From contig JADHRW010000005.1 of the NCBI GenBank assembly GCA_016777225.1, forward strand, positions 11,857 to 75,856: 64,000 nucleotides of DNA, written 5' to 3'. The notes below the pieces were generated by a model. The model did no database searches. It saw nothing but the letters and a program-made list of their open reading frames with translations, and was not told where the DNA came from. This DNA is from Candidatus Thalassarchaeum sp. (GTDB taxonomy: Archaea > Thermoplasmatota > Poseidoniia > Poseidoniales > Thalassarchaeaceae). Position 1 is the stretch's first letter, and each line of letters opens with the position of its first letter. Shown piece after piece: positions 1 to 10,714 of this stretch. The position numbers were made by a program, and so were the translations under genes.

Positions 1-1
1 A

Positions 2-961
2 TTCCTTCTAGGAGATCCAATTGGAGATGGTGGTCAATGGAATATGGCTATGAATCTTATTAGAAAGCATGGATTAGTTCCAAAATCAGCATATCCAGAA
101 AGTGTTTCTTCATCAAGTACAAGATGGATGAATGCAATACTGAAAGACATTCTTAGAAGTGGTGCGAGTGAAATACGTGAGATTCTAGATAATGGTGGCT
201 CGAAGGAGGATGCTAGATCACACAAAGATAAGAGAGTTGAAGATATTTGGAAGATTTTGTGTATTCATCTTGGAACACCTCCTGAAGAATTTGACTGGCA
301 GTGGGAAGATAAAGATGGAGAGTTCCATAGAAAAGGGAGTATGACTCCTCAAGAATTTGCTAAAGAATATGTTGATATGGATTGGGAAGATTATGTTTGT
401 ATTGTTAATGATCCAAGAAATGAATATTATCAAACTTACACTGTAGATTATCTACAAAATGTTGCTGGAGGTCCACCTGTAGTTTATCTGAATGTACCGA
501 GTCAAGAAATGAAGAATGTAACTCAGAAACTATTGGAAGATGGCTTGCCTGTATGGATGGGATGCGATGTAGGGAAACAGATGCATAGGGAAAGAGGACT
601 TTGGGATGCTAAATTATTTGATTTTGCAGAATTATATGGAGCTAAATTTGGAATGGACAAAGCGAATCGTCTAAGATATAGTCAAACAATGATGACTCAT
701 GCTATGCTTTTCACTGGAGTTGATGTTATTGATGGAGTACCAAGAAGATGGAGAGTTGAGAACTCATGGGGTGCTAAAAAGAGTGGCGAAGAAGGGTTCT
801 ATACAATGAATGACTCATGGTATGACGAACATATGTTCGAGATTGCAGCTCCAACAGGTTATCTTAATGATAAGATGAAAAAGGGATTATCTACAACTCC
901 AGTAGTATTACCTGCATGGGACCCAATGGGAAGTTTAGCTAGAGATGAAGCGGCACTCTGA
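2..961 (+). CDS. pepC: Aminopeptidase C / bleomycin hydrolase (peptidase C1B), 5' truncated by window edge
   Basis: Frame open from base 2 (FLLGDPIGDGGQWNM); motifs DGGQW, VWMGCDVG, MTHAM (catalytic His), VENSWG (catalytic Asn), C-terminal LPAWDPMGSLA. Confidence 0.93.
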   Translation, partial: FLLGDPIGDGGQWNMAMNLIRKHGLVPKSAYPESVSSSSTRWMNAILKDILRSGASEIREILDNGGSKEDARSHKDKRVEDIWKILCIHLGTPPEEFDWQWEDKDGEFHRKGSMTPQEFAKEYVDMDWEDYVCIVNDPRNEYYQTYTVDYLQNVAGGPPVVYLNVPSQEMKNVTQKLLEDGLPVWMGCDVGKQMHRERGLWDAKLFDFAELYGAKFGMDKANRLRYSQTMMTHAMLFTGVDVIDGVPRRWRVENSWGAKKSGEEGFYTMNDSWYDEHMFEIAAPTGYLNDKMKKGLSTTPVVLPAWDPMGSLARDEAAL

Positions 962-987
962 TTATATGTATTTGATAAGGTAATAAT

Positions 988-1344
988 ATGAAATTAGGTA
1001 GAAAAACTAATATTTGTACAATTTGTAGAGACAAAGGTGAAACAGATTGGTATAATATAACTAGTAATAACCATGAACAAAGAAATAATCAAAATAAATT
1101 ATTTTCAGATCGGAATAATATGATTGAACTTTGTAATAGTTGCCATAGTAAGGTGACTAATCAAAATCTGTCGACTAAAGAGGGAGGGATTAATCACGGA
1201 ATTATACCTGATAAACAAAAATCAAGAGCTGCTAAAGCAGTTGCTAAGCAAAAATCAAGAGATGGGAGAGTTCTTGCACAAAAGAGAAATCTAGAGAGAA
1301 AAGATAAGCAAGAAAGAATTACTTCTAGAAAGAGAAGCCTGTAA
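988..1344 (+). CDS. Hypothetical protein, degenerate HNH-like zinc finger with basic tail
   Basis: CTIC ... NMIELCNSCH pattern; Lys/Arg-rich C-terminus. Confidence 0.55.
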   Translation: MKLGRKTNICTICRDKGETDWYNITSNNHEQRNNQNKLFSDRNNMIELCNSCHSKVTNQNLSTKEGGINHGIIPDKQKSRAAKAVAKQKSRDGRVLAQKRNLERKDKQERITSRKRSL

Positions 1345-1446
1345 TAAATTACTGAGTTTTTGTGTAAAGACATTTTTACACTTATATTATTATTTCTGAT
1401 ATGGTTTATGCCAAACTGCTGCTATGGAGATTTTAGAGGAATAGTG

Positions 1447-1722
1447 ATGACCGAAATTACAAAACAACTACTAACTGATAAAATGATACCAATTGCTCCC
1501 ATGAATGGTGAAGACTTTGAGAAAATGAGGGTCACTATAGATGGATATAACGCAGAATGCTTTATTGCTCAGCGCATGGGGTCTGATAAGATAATAATTT
1601 TATTTGAAAAAAACCATCCTAAATACGGAAACGAGTTTATGACCAAATATTTTGAATTTAAAGAACCTGGCAAAATGAATTGGGGTCATTCTACAGAATA
1701 TATGCATATCAAAATAGCATAA
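1447..1722 (+). CDS. Hypothetical protein (~91 aa)
   Basis: ORF 1360-1722; ATG at 1447 after GAGGA is a more plausible start; globular-looking sequence, no recognised motif. Confidence 0.55.
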   Translation: MTEITKQLLTDKMIPIAPMNGEDFEKMRVTIDGYNAECFIAQRMGSDKIIILFEKNHPKYGNEFMTKYFEFKEPGKMNWGHSTEYMHIKIA

Positions 1723-1749
1723 TCGATAAATGAATTTGTATTACAAATT

Positions 1750-2079
1750 TCATCCAAGATTTCGTAATGAAAGCTCGATTGTAACTGAATCTGGATATTC
1801 AATCATCATGATTGCCTTCAAGGCCTTCTCATCTTTTGAACTGTTAGTTACAAGTTCAAGAAGACGCTTGTGAAAACGCATTTCCCAATGGTCCCAAGTT
1901 TCTGCACCTTCTCCATCTGGAGCTTTTCTGCAGGGTACAACTAATTTTTTTGTAGGTAGAGGTATAGGTCCACGCAAAGCAACACCAGATTTATCTGAAA
2001 TTGCTTTGATAGTGGCACATACTAGATCTACGTCTTTGTAATTGTCACCGGTTAACTTGATAGTAGTAACGACTGGCAT
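1750..2079 (-). CDS. rps10: 30S ribosomal protein uS10
   Basis: GPIPLPTK, RKAPDGEG.ETWDHWEMRFHKRL; directly downstream of EF-1alpha. Confidence 0.97.
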   Translation of the reverse strand: MPVVTTIKLTGDNYKDVDLVCATIKAISDKSGVALRGPIPLPTKKLVVPCRKAPDGEGAETWDHWEMRFHKRLLELVTNSSKDEKALKAIMMIEYPDSVTIELSLRNLG

Positions 2080-2109
2080 TTAATTCACTCACCAATCATT
2101 TCTACAAAT

Positions 2110-3396
2110 CTAAGCTTTCTTCTCAATCTTCATGCAGACGCCAGCAGCCACGGTCTTACCCATGTCTCGAATAGCGAACCTTGCAAGTTCAGGGAATTGA
2201 TCCATCTGTTCAATAGCCATTGGCTTGGTTGGACCGAAACGAATCAAAGCAGCATCTCCAGTCTTTAGGAACGGAGGGTTTGCTTCCTTAGTTTTTGAAT
2301 TCTCTAATAACTCAACGAATCGAACTGCTACTTGGCTAGTATGACAGTGGAATACAGGTGTGTATCCTACACCGATTGCCTTTGGTATTTCCATAAGTTG
2401 GATTTGTCCAACGAATGTTTCGTCATGACGTACGAAGCTAGGTGCACTTTCTGGGTATCCAGCAACGTCTCCACGGCGGATATCAGTTGCAGCTAGTCCA
2501 CGAACGTTGAATCCAACGTTATCACCAGGCTCAGCCTTAGCGTGAACTGTGTGGTGCATCTCAATTGATTTAACTTCAGCAGATTTTTGACTTGGGTTGA
2601 AAACTACAGTCTTACCTGAGTTTAGTGTTCCTGTCTCAATCTTTCCTACTGGAACGGTTCCAATACCGCTGATTTTGTAAACATCCTGAATTGGTAATCT
2701 AAGTGGACGGTCTGTTGGTTTCGGTGGCATCTTGATTGAATCAATTGCTTCGAACAGAGTAGGTCCATTGTACCATGACATATTTTCACTCTTGTTATAG
2801 ATATTCTCTCCATAGAAAGAAGAACCAGCAATCATTGGAACATCTGCTGGATTAAATCCAGCCATCTTCAATAGATTGGAAACTTCAGTCTTAACTGAGT
2901 TGAATTTATCTTCTGAGTAATCTACACCGCTAATATCCATCTTGTTGATATTAACAATTAGTTGTTTAACTCCAAGTACACGTGCTAAGAAAGCATGTTC
3001 CTTAGTTTGTGCGTTTACCCCGTCGTTTGCTGCAACACAAAGAACAGCAGCATCTGCTTGGCTAGTTCCTGTGATCATGTTCTTTACGAAATCTCGGTGA
3101 CCAGGTGCGTCGATAACTGTAAAGTAATAATTTGGAGTATAGAATTCTTTGTGAGCTACATCGATAGTAATTCCACGCTCACGCTCTTCTTTCAATCCAT
3201 CCATAACATAAGCCAGACCGAAACCTGCCTTACCATGCTCTGAAGCAAGTTTTTCATTCTTGTCAATTACGTGCTGTTGAATATGACCGCTGTCTAGAAG
3301 TAGCCTTCCAACTGTTGTCGATTTTCCATGGTCAACGTGACCAACGAATACTATATTCAAGTGCGGTTTCTTTCTATCTTCCCATTGTGAACCCAT
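2110..3396 (-). CDS. tuf: Translation elongation factor EF-1alpha
   Basis: [30 protein letters not shown], archaeal-type KPHLN N-terminus; ATG 3396 preceded by GGGGTG SD (ORF track starts at GTG 3405). Confidence 0.98.
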   Translation of the reverse strand: MGSQWEDRKKPHLNIVFVGHVDHGKSTTVGRLLLDSGHIQQHVIDKNEKLASEHGKAGFGLAYVMDGLKEERERGITIDVAHKEFYTPNYYFTVIDAPGHRDFVKNMITGTSQADAAVLCVAANDGVNAQTKEHAFLARVLGVKQLIVNINKMDISGVDYSEDKFNSVKTEVSNLLKMAGFNPADVPMIAGSSFYGENIYNKSENMSWYNGPTLFEAIDSIKMPPKPTDRPLRLPIQDVYKISGIGTVPVGKIETGTLNSGKTVVFNPSQKSAEVKSIEMHHTVHAKAEPGDNVGFNVRGLAATDIRRGDVAGYPESAPSFVRHDETFVGQIQLMEIPKAIGVGYTPVFHCHTSQVAVRFVELLENSKTKEANPPFLKTGDAALIRFGPTKPMAIEQMDQFPELARFAIRDMGKTVAAGVCMKIEKKA

Positions 3397-3503
3397 ATGA
3401 TACACCCCTAAGGTAGCACGCCGACCGTAGATGCATATTTGAATCCATTCATCTATATGTATATATTAATTAGTTCTATAATAGATACTAACAACGCCGC
3501 AGT

Positions 3504-4712
3504 TCATCGATATTGGAGTTCAATAATGAAATGTTTTACTTGAGTGTTGTGAGTTTTCTCATTTTGTATGTCTGCAGTCCATTCACCTGGTAATTTACCA
3601 CGTACTGTAGAACCACTAATGACCATCCAAACACAGTGATCATCTGAATCGCAATCTCCAGCATCTCTGTTATCAGGCCCAATTGCTGAAGTATTTGCAA
3701 CTTCATCATTCGAACTATTGTAAACATAAGTATCTAGTATATTTTCAGAATCTACAGTAATTCCTCCTGCTCCATCATCTTCCTTAGGGTAGATTAGTTT
3801 GATTCGAAGATAACGTATCCTATCATCTGTCTCTGTATCATAAGTAATCGGATATTCCCAACTCATTACAACTGGATCATTCCCTAAACGTCGATCTATC
3901 TCAAAATCAGACCAAACTCCACGATAGTTGACATATACTTTGGTTTGTTCTGAAGATTTTAATCCATTATTATCGATGACCGTCAAGCTAACTTCCCATG
4001 CACCTGCACTAATTGCTTCTCCAGTTGATGGTAAATTTTCCCATTCGATTACTTCGCCTGTTGCATCAATATCATTCTCTAAATCACCATCATTATCTGA
4101 ATCATAACTGGTATCTAAATCCCAATTCCACTCTACAATATATTCTTCAGCATAGCAATTAGAGTCATCTGGATCACAACCCGCCCATGAATCAGACCCA
4201 TCAAGAGTTATTTTTGTTGTAAATTCAACTTTTTTATCGCTTATTTCTTTATCTTCTTCACAAACCCAGATTAGAACAAAATTTCCTGCTGGAGCGGATT
4301 CTCCATCACAGTCATCATCTTTCTCTGGACTAATATCTGCCTGAGGTTCTCTAGCTGCAGGATCAATAATATTCACAGTCTTCTTAGTAGTAGTTTCTAA
4401 AGAGCCATCACTTACTGTCAATTTAACCGAATATTCGCCATCTTGGGCGTATGAATGGGTTGTTGTAAGTCCAGATCCTGTATTACCATCTCCAAAATTC
4501 CATGTGAATGTCAATGAATCACCATCTGGATCACTAGAACCTGCTGCATTGAATGTTATTTCATCTCCCGAACGAATGTTTGAATTAGGGTTGAGAGTAA
4601 ATGTAGAAGATGGGGCATTATTACCGCTAAATTGTTCTAAACAACCTGCAAGAGGTATACTAATCATCAATAAAACCAACATAAATGCAAGTCCTCGAAC
4701 GCGTGCCATCAT
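3504..4712 (-). CDS. PKD-domain lipoprotein / surface protein
   Basis: Lipobox LAGC after hydrophobic stretch; PKD signature SSDPDGD.LTFTWNFGDG...THSY...Y.VKLTV; second degenerate PKD domain. Confidence 0.8.
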   Translation of the reverse strand: MMARVRGLAFMLVLLMISIPLAGCLEQFSGNNAPSSTFTLNPNSNIRSGDEITFNAAGSSDPDGDSLTFTWNFGDGNTGSGLTTTHSYAQDGEYSVKLTVSDGSLETTTKKTVNIIDPAAREPQADISPEKDDDCDGESAPAGNFVLIWVCEEDKEISDKKVEFTTKITLDGSDSWAGCDPDDSNCYAEEYIVEWNWDLDTSYDSDNDGDLENDIDATGEVIEWENLPSTGEAISAGAWEVSLTVIDNNGLKSSEQTKVYVNYRGVWSDFEIDRRLGNDPVVMSWEYPITYDTETDDRIRYLRIKLIYPKEDDGAGGITVDSENILDTYVYNSSNDEVANTSAIGPDNRDAGDCDSDDHCVWMVISGSTVRGKLPGEWTADIQNEKTHNTQVKHFIIELQYR

Positions 4713-4764
4713 GCTTTGCGTGATATCGGTGTTTCATCAAACCTACGGCTCCACGTAATAGGGA

Positions 4765-7416
4765 CTAAAAGTCAAATAAAGACTTCTGTGTCGAAGGATT
4801 TTTCGCATAATCTTTCAATTGCGATTCATCAAATTTCAATGCAGATGTGATACGGCCAAGCGATTTTGCTAATCGATTAACGTAATATTGAGGATCTGGT
4901 TTAGGAGGTTCATCACCTATTTCATCAACTAACCAAGCTTTTACTTCCATAGGACTTGATTTTGAATTTGTAACAATATAACCCACTTTCATCCCAGGAG
5001 TGAACTGTAATCCTCGACTAATTCTTTCTTTGGCAGCCCGAACATAAGGAAGACTGTCAGGATTGGCGTAAATTTTATCAAAAACCCACTTACCTGATTT
5101 TTTATCCCAACTTCCTTTGCAAGAACGACTGACAATTAAATCTGAAGTTGGAACATTTCCTTGATGAACATCAGTAATTACTGATTTTGCCAAGTTAATT
5201 GCTGCATCCTCATCACCTTCTAATATTAATTCAAACATTTCAGTCATAGTTTTACTTAGTATACTAAAAGAGTCTGTTCTTCTAACTTCATATCCTCGAA
5301 TCAATAATTCTTCACGTGGCCAAATCACTCTACCAACATATCTTTTTTTAGCACCATGAGAGAAAAATGCCGAAAGAGCTGTTTCAAATTCTAATTCAGC
5401 GCCCTCTCGCGTAAATTGATTGGCTAATTGTTCACCAAGTTTGAGTGTCTCGTCTTTGGCAGATTCCCACGCTAATAATTCTGAACCGCCATCTGGTTTT
5501 TTGGCAGGTACATTTTTTTGTGTTCGGGTACAAACAAATATTGAATCTGTATCTGAATATACTACATCATAACCATCGTATTCGAGATTAGAAATTATCT
5601 CTGTGATGTTATAGCGTGCCCATTCTGTGATGCTAGCGCCTAATTTTTCATGAGTGAAACGATAAAAACTAGAGGCAAATACACCATAAAATGAATTCAT
5701 GAGAATTTTTACAGCATATTGTAATTGATCATTTAAGAAAGCTCCATCTTCATCTCCACTCTCTAATGCTTCAGAATATGCTTTCTTGTACTTATCTCGA
5801 CTGTCCATTAGTCCTTGAAGCAATAAAGGAACGAGTCCAACTCTATCTTCTTTCGATAAATATCGTGTTTCAGTAACTGGGGAAATAAAATGACTAGGGT
5901 CTTTATCGGCATCTCGAATTAATGTCGTTGAACATATATTATTAGAAATCATTATCGAAGGGTACATCGATTTGAAATCGAGAACTGCTACCCAATTTTT
6001 GGTTCCAGGTTCGACTTCATGAACATAACCGCCTGCAATCTGTTCTCTTCGCCCTGAGGTTCTATTGGTTGTTGGTATTGCGACTCCACTCTTATCTGCC
6101 AATCTAACAACTAACGAATCAATCCATTGACTAGTTGTACCATTAGATGCTGTTTCAACTGTTGTAGAAGATACAGAGGCTAAGGCCTCTTTGCGAGATA
6201 CTGACTTTAGCTTATCGAGAATATCTAATGGCAGTATTGTATCTCTAACACAATATTCCATTACTTCATCTGGACGATTTGCCCATTCCATATCCATTTG
6301 GCTAGCATCAACATCTAGTTTTTGTTTATCATCTTGATTTGGCCATAATAAATTAGACACATACTTCAGAGACTCTCTCTGTGGACTCAAAGTTTGTCTG
6401 GCTTGCCACCAAGCATCTAGAGGAATGCGTCCAGAAATATTCCAAACTCTGTTCAATCTTCTAGAAGGAAATACTCTAAGAGGTTTTTTTGTGCCTATTT
6501 CGGCATTTGTGAATGGCAAACGACCCCAACCGAACATAGCTGCTCGATCAGATAATGATTTACCGCTATTCTCTTCAGAGCGTTCTTGCATTCGAGGAAG
6601 ATCAAAATTATCAATATTATACCCTGTAATAAAATCAGGGTCTTCATCTCTAACTAATCTTGTTAAGCCCTCCATTATTTCCCTTTCAGTACCCTTAAAT
6701 TCACTGATTTTTCTATCGCCATTTCTATCAATAACTGCGGCTGCACATAAAATTGTATTATGCATTACACTAGTTTCTAAATCATAAGAGAAAGTTACAA
6801 AAGGTGTTGGAAAAGGTTCTATACGTTCTAAATCTGAAACATCACAATGCATTATCAAATCAACAGGATAAAGCCCAGCGCCCCCCAATTGCTTTATCTT
6901 CTCAGCCGCTAAATTGGAGTCAAAGACCTTTGGAATACTATCTGGAGCACGTTTCCCTGCCCAAAGTACCTTTCCTCTAAATGAAATATGAGGGCCTAAA
7001 TCACAATCCATCAGAAGACGATGAACAAAAAGAATATCGGAACTTGTGACATCCCATCCGATTGAAGATAATTCACTTCTAAGTTTGGATACAGACATAG
7101 TATCCTTGACTGAAACTCTCCAATGAGGCTTCTGTTTTCCTTCATATAATTTATTTCCAAGACTTACAGGTTTACCAACCACTCTCCAATCATCAGATAT
7201 AGATTCTAAAGATAAATTTGGAGACTTCGAGTTAGAATTTGTTTGAGGGTCTGAAATTTCCACATAAGGGTTCAATCCATTAACTAGTAATAAAACAGAA
7301 TGTCCTGATTTAGATCGACACCAAAGTTCTATTGCAGTTTTACCAACATTTCCTGGCCATGCTCTATCATCACCTGAGATAATACAAGCTTCTTCCCTCC
7401 ATTCCAATGTATACAC
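4765..7416 (-). CDS. polB: Family B DNA polymerase
   Basis: Exo motifs YDLET, GYNIDNFD, YCVRD; polymerase motifs DFKSMYPS, KILMNSFYG, YSDTDS, KKRY; C-terminal PIP box QKSLFDF. Confidence 0.96.
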   Translation of the reverse strand: MYTLEWREEACIISGDDRAWPGNVGKTAIELWCRSKSGHSVLLLVNGLNPYVEISDPQTNSNSKSPNLSLESISDDWRVVGKPVSLGNKLYEGKQKPHWRVSVKDTMSVSKLRSELSSIGWDVTSSDILFVHRLLMDCDLGPHISFRGKVLWAGKRAPDSIPKVFDSNLAAEKIKQLGGAGLYPVDLIMHCDVSDLERIEPFPTPFVTFSYDLETSVMHNTILCAAAVIDRNGDRKISEFKGTEREIMEGLTRLVRDEDPDFITGYNIDNFDLPRMQERSEENSGKSLSDRAAMFGWGRLPFTNAEIGTKKPLRVFPSRRLNRVWNISGRIPLDAWWQARQTLSPQRESLKYVSNLLWPNQDDKQKLDVDASQMDMEWANRPDEVMEYCVRDTILPLDILDKLKSVSRKEALASVSSTTVETASNGTTSQWIDSLVVRLADKSGVAIPTTNRTSGRREQIAGGYVHEVEPGTKNWVAVLDFKSMYPSIMISNNICSTTLIRDADKDPSHFISPVTETRYLSKEDRVGLVPLLLQGLMDSRDKYKKAYSEALESGDEDGAFLNDQLQYAVKILMNSFYGVFASSFYRFTHEKLGASITEWARYNITEIISNLEYDGYDVVYSDTDSIFVCTRTQKNVPAKKPDGGSELLAWESAKDETLKLGEQLANQFTREGAELEFETALSAFFSHGAKKRYVGRVIWPREELLIRGYEVRRTDSFSILSKTMTEMFELILEGDEDAAINLAKSVITDVHQGNVPTSDLIVSRSCKGSWDKKSGKWVFDKIYANPDSLPYVRAAKERISRGLQFTPGMKVGYIVTNSKSSPMEVKAWLVDEIGDEPPKPDPQYYVNRLAKSLGRITSALKFDESQLKDYAKNPSTQKSLFDF

Positions 7417-7542
7417 CGTTACCTATCATTAGTGCGTATCACACCAACACTTGTGAAGTTCTCCTAATGCTATTTTGTGTTTGATTGAGCGCAACCGTTG
7501 AAAGCCGCCCCCTCACCCTGTCATTTGATTGAGGCCTTTACG

Positions 7543-8568
7543 ATGTTAGATGATTCAAAGCCAAGCATTGATTGGGACAGTCTAACATTTAGTTTTACTG
7601 AAACAGATAGAATGTTTATGGCCACTTGTAAACAAGGTGAAGAATGGCAAAAAGGAGTCATGCAGGATTATCAAGATTTGAAAATTTCACCCGCTGCTGG
7701 AGTCATAAATTATGGTCAAGGATTGTTTGAAGGCATGAAAGCTAGGCGTGCAGAAGATGGAAGAGTTCTATTGTTCAGACCTGAATTTAATGCACGAAGA
7801 TCTGCGGATGGTTGTAGAAGGCTCGGAATGCCTCCTGTTTCAGAAAAAATGTTTCTCGAAGCTGTAAGAAAAGTTGTAAATGAAAATATTCGTTGGTTAC
7901 CACCTACAGGAAGAGGAGAATTATATATTCGACCTTTGATTTTTGGTAGTGGACCTATTTTGGGGGTTGCTCCTGCACCAAAATATACATTCCTAATTTA
8001 TGCAGTACCAGTTGGACCATATTTCAAGGGAGGGATGAATCCTATTTCTTTGAAAGTCTCAGATGAATATCATCGAGCTGCCCCTGGAGGTTCAGGTGGA
8101 GTGAAAGCCATCGGAAACTATGCTCCCGGAATGATGCCTTCAAAAAATGCCAAAGCAGACGGTTATGCTGAAATTATTTATCTTGACGCTGTAAATCATA
8201 AGTATGTGGAAGAAGTAGGTGCTGCTAATTTCTTCTGTGTTAAGGATAAAGTAATTTACACTCCAGAACTTACTGGGACAATCTTACCAGGAATTACTAG
8301 AATGTCTACAATCGAATTAGCTAGATCGTTAGGATATGAAGTTGAAGAAACAAAAATCGATATTGATTTTGCAATGACTGCAGATGAAGCATTTTGCGCA
8401 GGAACTGCTGCAGTTATTTCTCCAATTGGCTCAATAGAACATGGTGGAAAAATTGCAAATTATTCTAATGGAGGAATTGGCGAAATAACTCAAGAACTCT
8501 ATATCGCTTTGACCGACATCATGAATGGACGGGTTGAAGATAAATTTGGATGGACCCCAGAACTGTAA
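7543..8568 (+). CDS. ilvE: Branched-chain amino acid aminotransferase (class IV)
   Basis: YGQGLFEGMKA, LYIRP, KAIGNY (PLP Lys), EVGAANFF, ILPGITR, GTAAVISP; ATG 7543 preferred over TTG 7498. Confidence 0.93.
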   Translation: MLDDSKPSIDWDSLTFSFTETDRMFMATCKQGEEWQKGVMQDYQDLKISPAAGVINYGQGLFEGMKARRAEDGRVLLFRPEFNARRSADGCRRLGMPPVSEKMFLEAVRKVVNENIRWLPPTGRGELYIRPLIFGSGPILGVAPAPKYTFLIYAVPVGPYFKGGMNPISLKVSDEYHRAAPGGSGGVKAIGNYAPGMMPSKNAKADGYAEIIYLDAVNHKYVEEVGAANFFCVKDKVIYTPELTGTILPGITRMSTIELARSLGYEVEETKIDIDFAMTADEAFCAGTAAVISPIGSIEHGGKIANYSNGGIGEITQELYIALTDIMNGRVEDKFGWTPEL

Positions 8569-9009
8569 TTATTTACGGCCAAATTTCTTTTTTCTTTGCC
8601 CGCTAGTATTTCCTTTGAATGATTTTCTCTGTGTTCGGATTTGCCTATCTCCTTTCTTCTGAGATTTCTTATTTACTGATTCATCATTCTTAGATTCTTT
8701 GAACTGTCGGCGAAGACGTAGGCCAATACTCTGCATTACTCCTTCTTTTGACTCTGCCTTAGTTACAGAAATTGCCTCTTGAGTTGAAAGAATAAGCCGC
8801 CCTTCATTATTATGTGGACGAGAGGGGTGGCTAGCTTCTGTATCACGCTTCATTTTAGAAAGTCCTACATCGCGTGCAGCCCATACAATAGCATCTAAAC
8901 TCGGATTTGGGATTGAAGCTTCTTTGGGAACTCTTCGACCTTCAGAACGAGATAATTTAGAATCGAAATATCGAGTCCAAATTATCATCTTTGACTTGTC
9001 GGCCGTCAT
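8569..9009 (-). CDS. srp19: Signal recognition particle protein SRP19
   Basis: IIWTRYFDSKLSRSEGRRVPK, HPSRP..EGR; ATG 9009 after GGAGTGA (GTG 9021 is an alternative start). Confidence 0.92.
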   Translation of the reverse strand: MTADKSKMIIWTRYFDSKLSRSEGRRVPKEASIPNPSLDAIVWAARDVGLSKMKRDTEASHPSRPHNNEGRLILSTQEAISVTKAESKEGVMQSIGLRLRRQFKESKNDESVNKKSQKKGDRQIRTQRKSFKGNTSGQRKKKFGRK

Positions 9010-9058
9010 GCTATCGCTCACTCCGTGTTATTTGACTAACTTGAGTGCTTCGACTGAA

Positions 9059-9451
9059 TCATTCTTCGATAAGAACGCCGGAAACTACTCCATCCATACC
9101 AGGTCGGCTAGTAACTTTCACCTTACCAAGTTCGGTCTGAATAATTGCGCCTTTAGTAACTATGTTACGGCGAACGAAATTAAGATTTGCACTATTTTCA
9201 ATAACATTGGAAATCGTAGACCTAGTAGTCTTACCATCCTTTGAGTGAACGTTTACTGTGTGCGCAGAAGTAACTCTTACCGTCTGTGAACCAGCATTTT
9301 TTCGGTATTTTTTAGAAGCATCTTCACTACCTACAAAAGCATATTGAGTTTCACTAGAAATCTCTGTTCGGCGCTTACCGCGGTAACGGTTTGGTCGCTT
9401 CAAGCGTCCACCGGTTGCTTTGCGTCGAGAGATACCATGCCACTTTGCCAT
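9059..9451 (-). CDS. rps8e: 30S ribosomal protein eS8
   Basis: SRRKATGG, NFVRRNIVTKGAII.TELG...VTSRPGMDGVV. Confidence 0.96.
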   Translation of the reverse strand: MAKWHGISRRKATGGRLKRPNRYRGKRRTEISSETQYAFVGSEDASKKYRKNAGSQTVRVTSAHTVNVHSKDGKTTRSTISNVIENSANLNFVRRNIVTKGAIIQTELGKVKVTSRPGMDGVVSGVLIEE

Positions 9452-9575
9452 GCAAGCCGCCGTCTTGCCTCCCTTATTTCAATAGATTGGAATAAACAAA
9501 GACAAGGAAATAAGCATATTTGTCTCTAAAAGACCATTACTATTTGAAAAATTTAACAATTTAGCCTAAGTACAG

Positions 9576-10109
9576 TTGATAGATGATATCCTCTCAGAAC
9601 TACTTGTGAGTGAGAAGAGACTTCGCCGCCGGACACCTATTAGGTTGAAGCAAATACGTAAAGAAATCCAGGAGATCTCTGAGCGAATGAAGGTAGAATT
9701 AAATCTATCTGACTCTTTCTTAGAGAGGGGACATTTCCAAGAAAGGGACCTCATACTTGTCGATAAAATCCCTCTTGCTATGCAAATACAAACTGATTCA
9801 GGGAGATTATGGTATCCAACAATCAGAGGTATACTAACATGGGGAGCTGAGAAAAATTGGGCTGCTGTTGATCATGGGGCCATTCCCTTTTTGATGAATG
9901 GAGCAGATTGCATGGGAGCAGGCGTTCATCAGGCTGATCCTGAAATAGAAGCAGGAGATTTGATGTGGATTAAAGATCAACAACATGGAAAACCATTAGC
10001 AATAGGTATGGCAATTGTTAGTGGTAGTGAAATGGCAGAAATGGACAAAGGCAAAGCGATTAGAACAATTCATTGGGTTGGAGATGAACTTTGGGAACTG
10101 GAAACGTGA
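9576..10109 (+). CDS. PUA-domain RNA-binding protein (DUF1947/MCT-1-like)
   Basis: YPTIRG, VDHGAIPFLMNGADCMGAGV, GKPLAIG, KGKAIRTIHWVGDELW; start uncertain. Confidence 0.88.
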   Translation: MIDDILSELLVSEKRLRRRTPIRLKQIRKEIQEISERMKVELNLSDSFLERGHFQERDLILVDKIPLAMQIQTDSGRLWYPTIRGILTWGAEKNWAAVDHGAIPFLMNGADCMGAGVHQADPEIEAGDLMWIKDQQHGKPLAIGMAIVSGSEMAEMDKGKAIRTIHWVGDELWELET

Positions 10110-10148
10110 ATCAATAGGATTCATTTATAGGAATCTTTTGGAATAGTC

Positions 10149-10706
10149 ATGCATAAATTCATCGCAGTAACTATTGTTGCGATTTTAGCATTCAATGTTG
10201 CGGCTTCAGAAGGTGGGGTTAACGAAGAAACTCCAATCAATGGAACAGATATTGAATCTATTTACTACTATCATGTAGCTCAGGCAGGAGAGGCGTTCAG
10301 TATCAAAGTGAATCTGACTGAAGAGGCAGGAAATAATGTAACTGAAGTTAGTTGGATTACCCAGGTATGTATTAACTCGGGAATCTGCTATCCACCAGAA
10401 ACTCATACTCTAGAATCAGAAAATGGTGACCTATGGATTGGAGAAATAATTCCCGAAGATACTGCTACCTATATCAACTGGAGATTTGAGGTATTGAGGG
10501 ACGATGAAAATACTACAAAAGTACCTGAGAATGGATTTGGCTGGAAAATTTGGTCTGATTGTTGGTATGATGGTAATAATTGGGGCGGAAATGATAGTTC
10601 ATGTTGGCCAAATGATGATAGCGATGAAGAACGTCTCCCTGGATTTATTGCAACTCTAACTTTGGCAGCAATAGGGACAGCAGGATTGATGACTCGACGC
10701 GACTGA
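10149..10706 (+). CDS. Secreted surface protein with PGF-CTERM-like sorting signal
   Basis: N-terminal signal peptide; C-terminal LPGF + hydrophobic helix + RRD. Confidence 0.75.
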   Translation: MHKFIAVTIVAILAFNVAASEGGVNEETPINGTDIESIYYYHVAQAGEAFSIKVNLTEEAGNNVTEVSWITQVCINSGICYPPETHTLESENGDLWIGEIIPEDTATYINWRFEVLRDDENTTKVPENGFGWKIWSDCWYDGNNWGGNDSSCWPNDDSDEERLPGFIATLTLAAIGTAGLMTRRD

Positions 10707-10714
10707 GCAAAATC

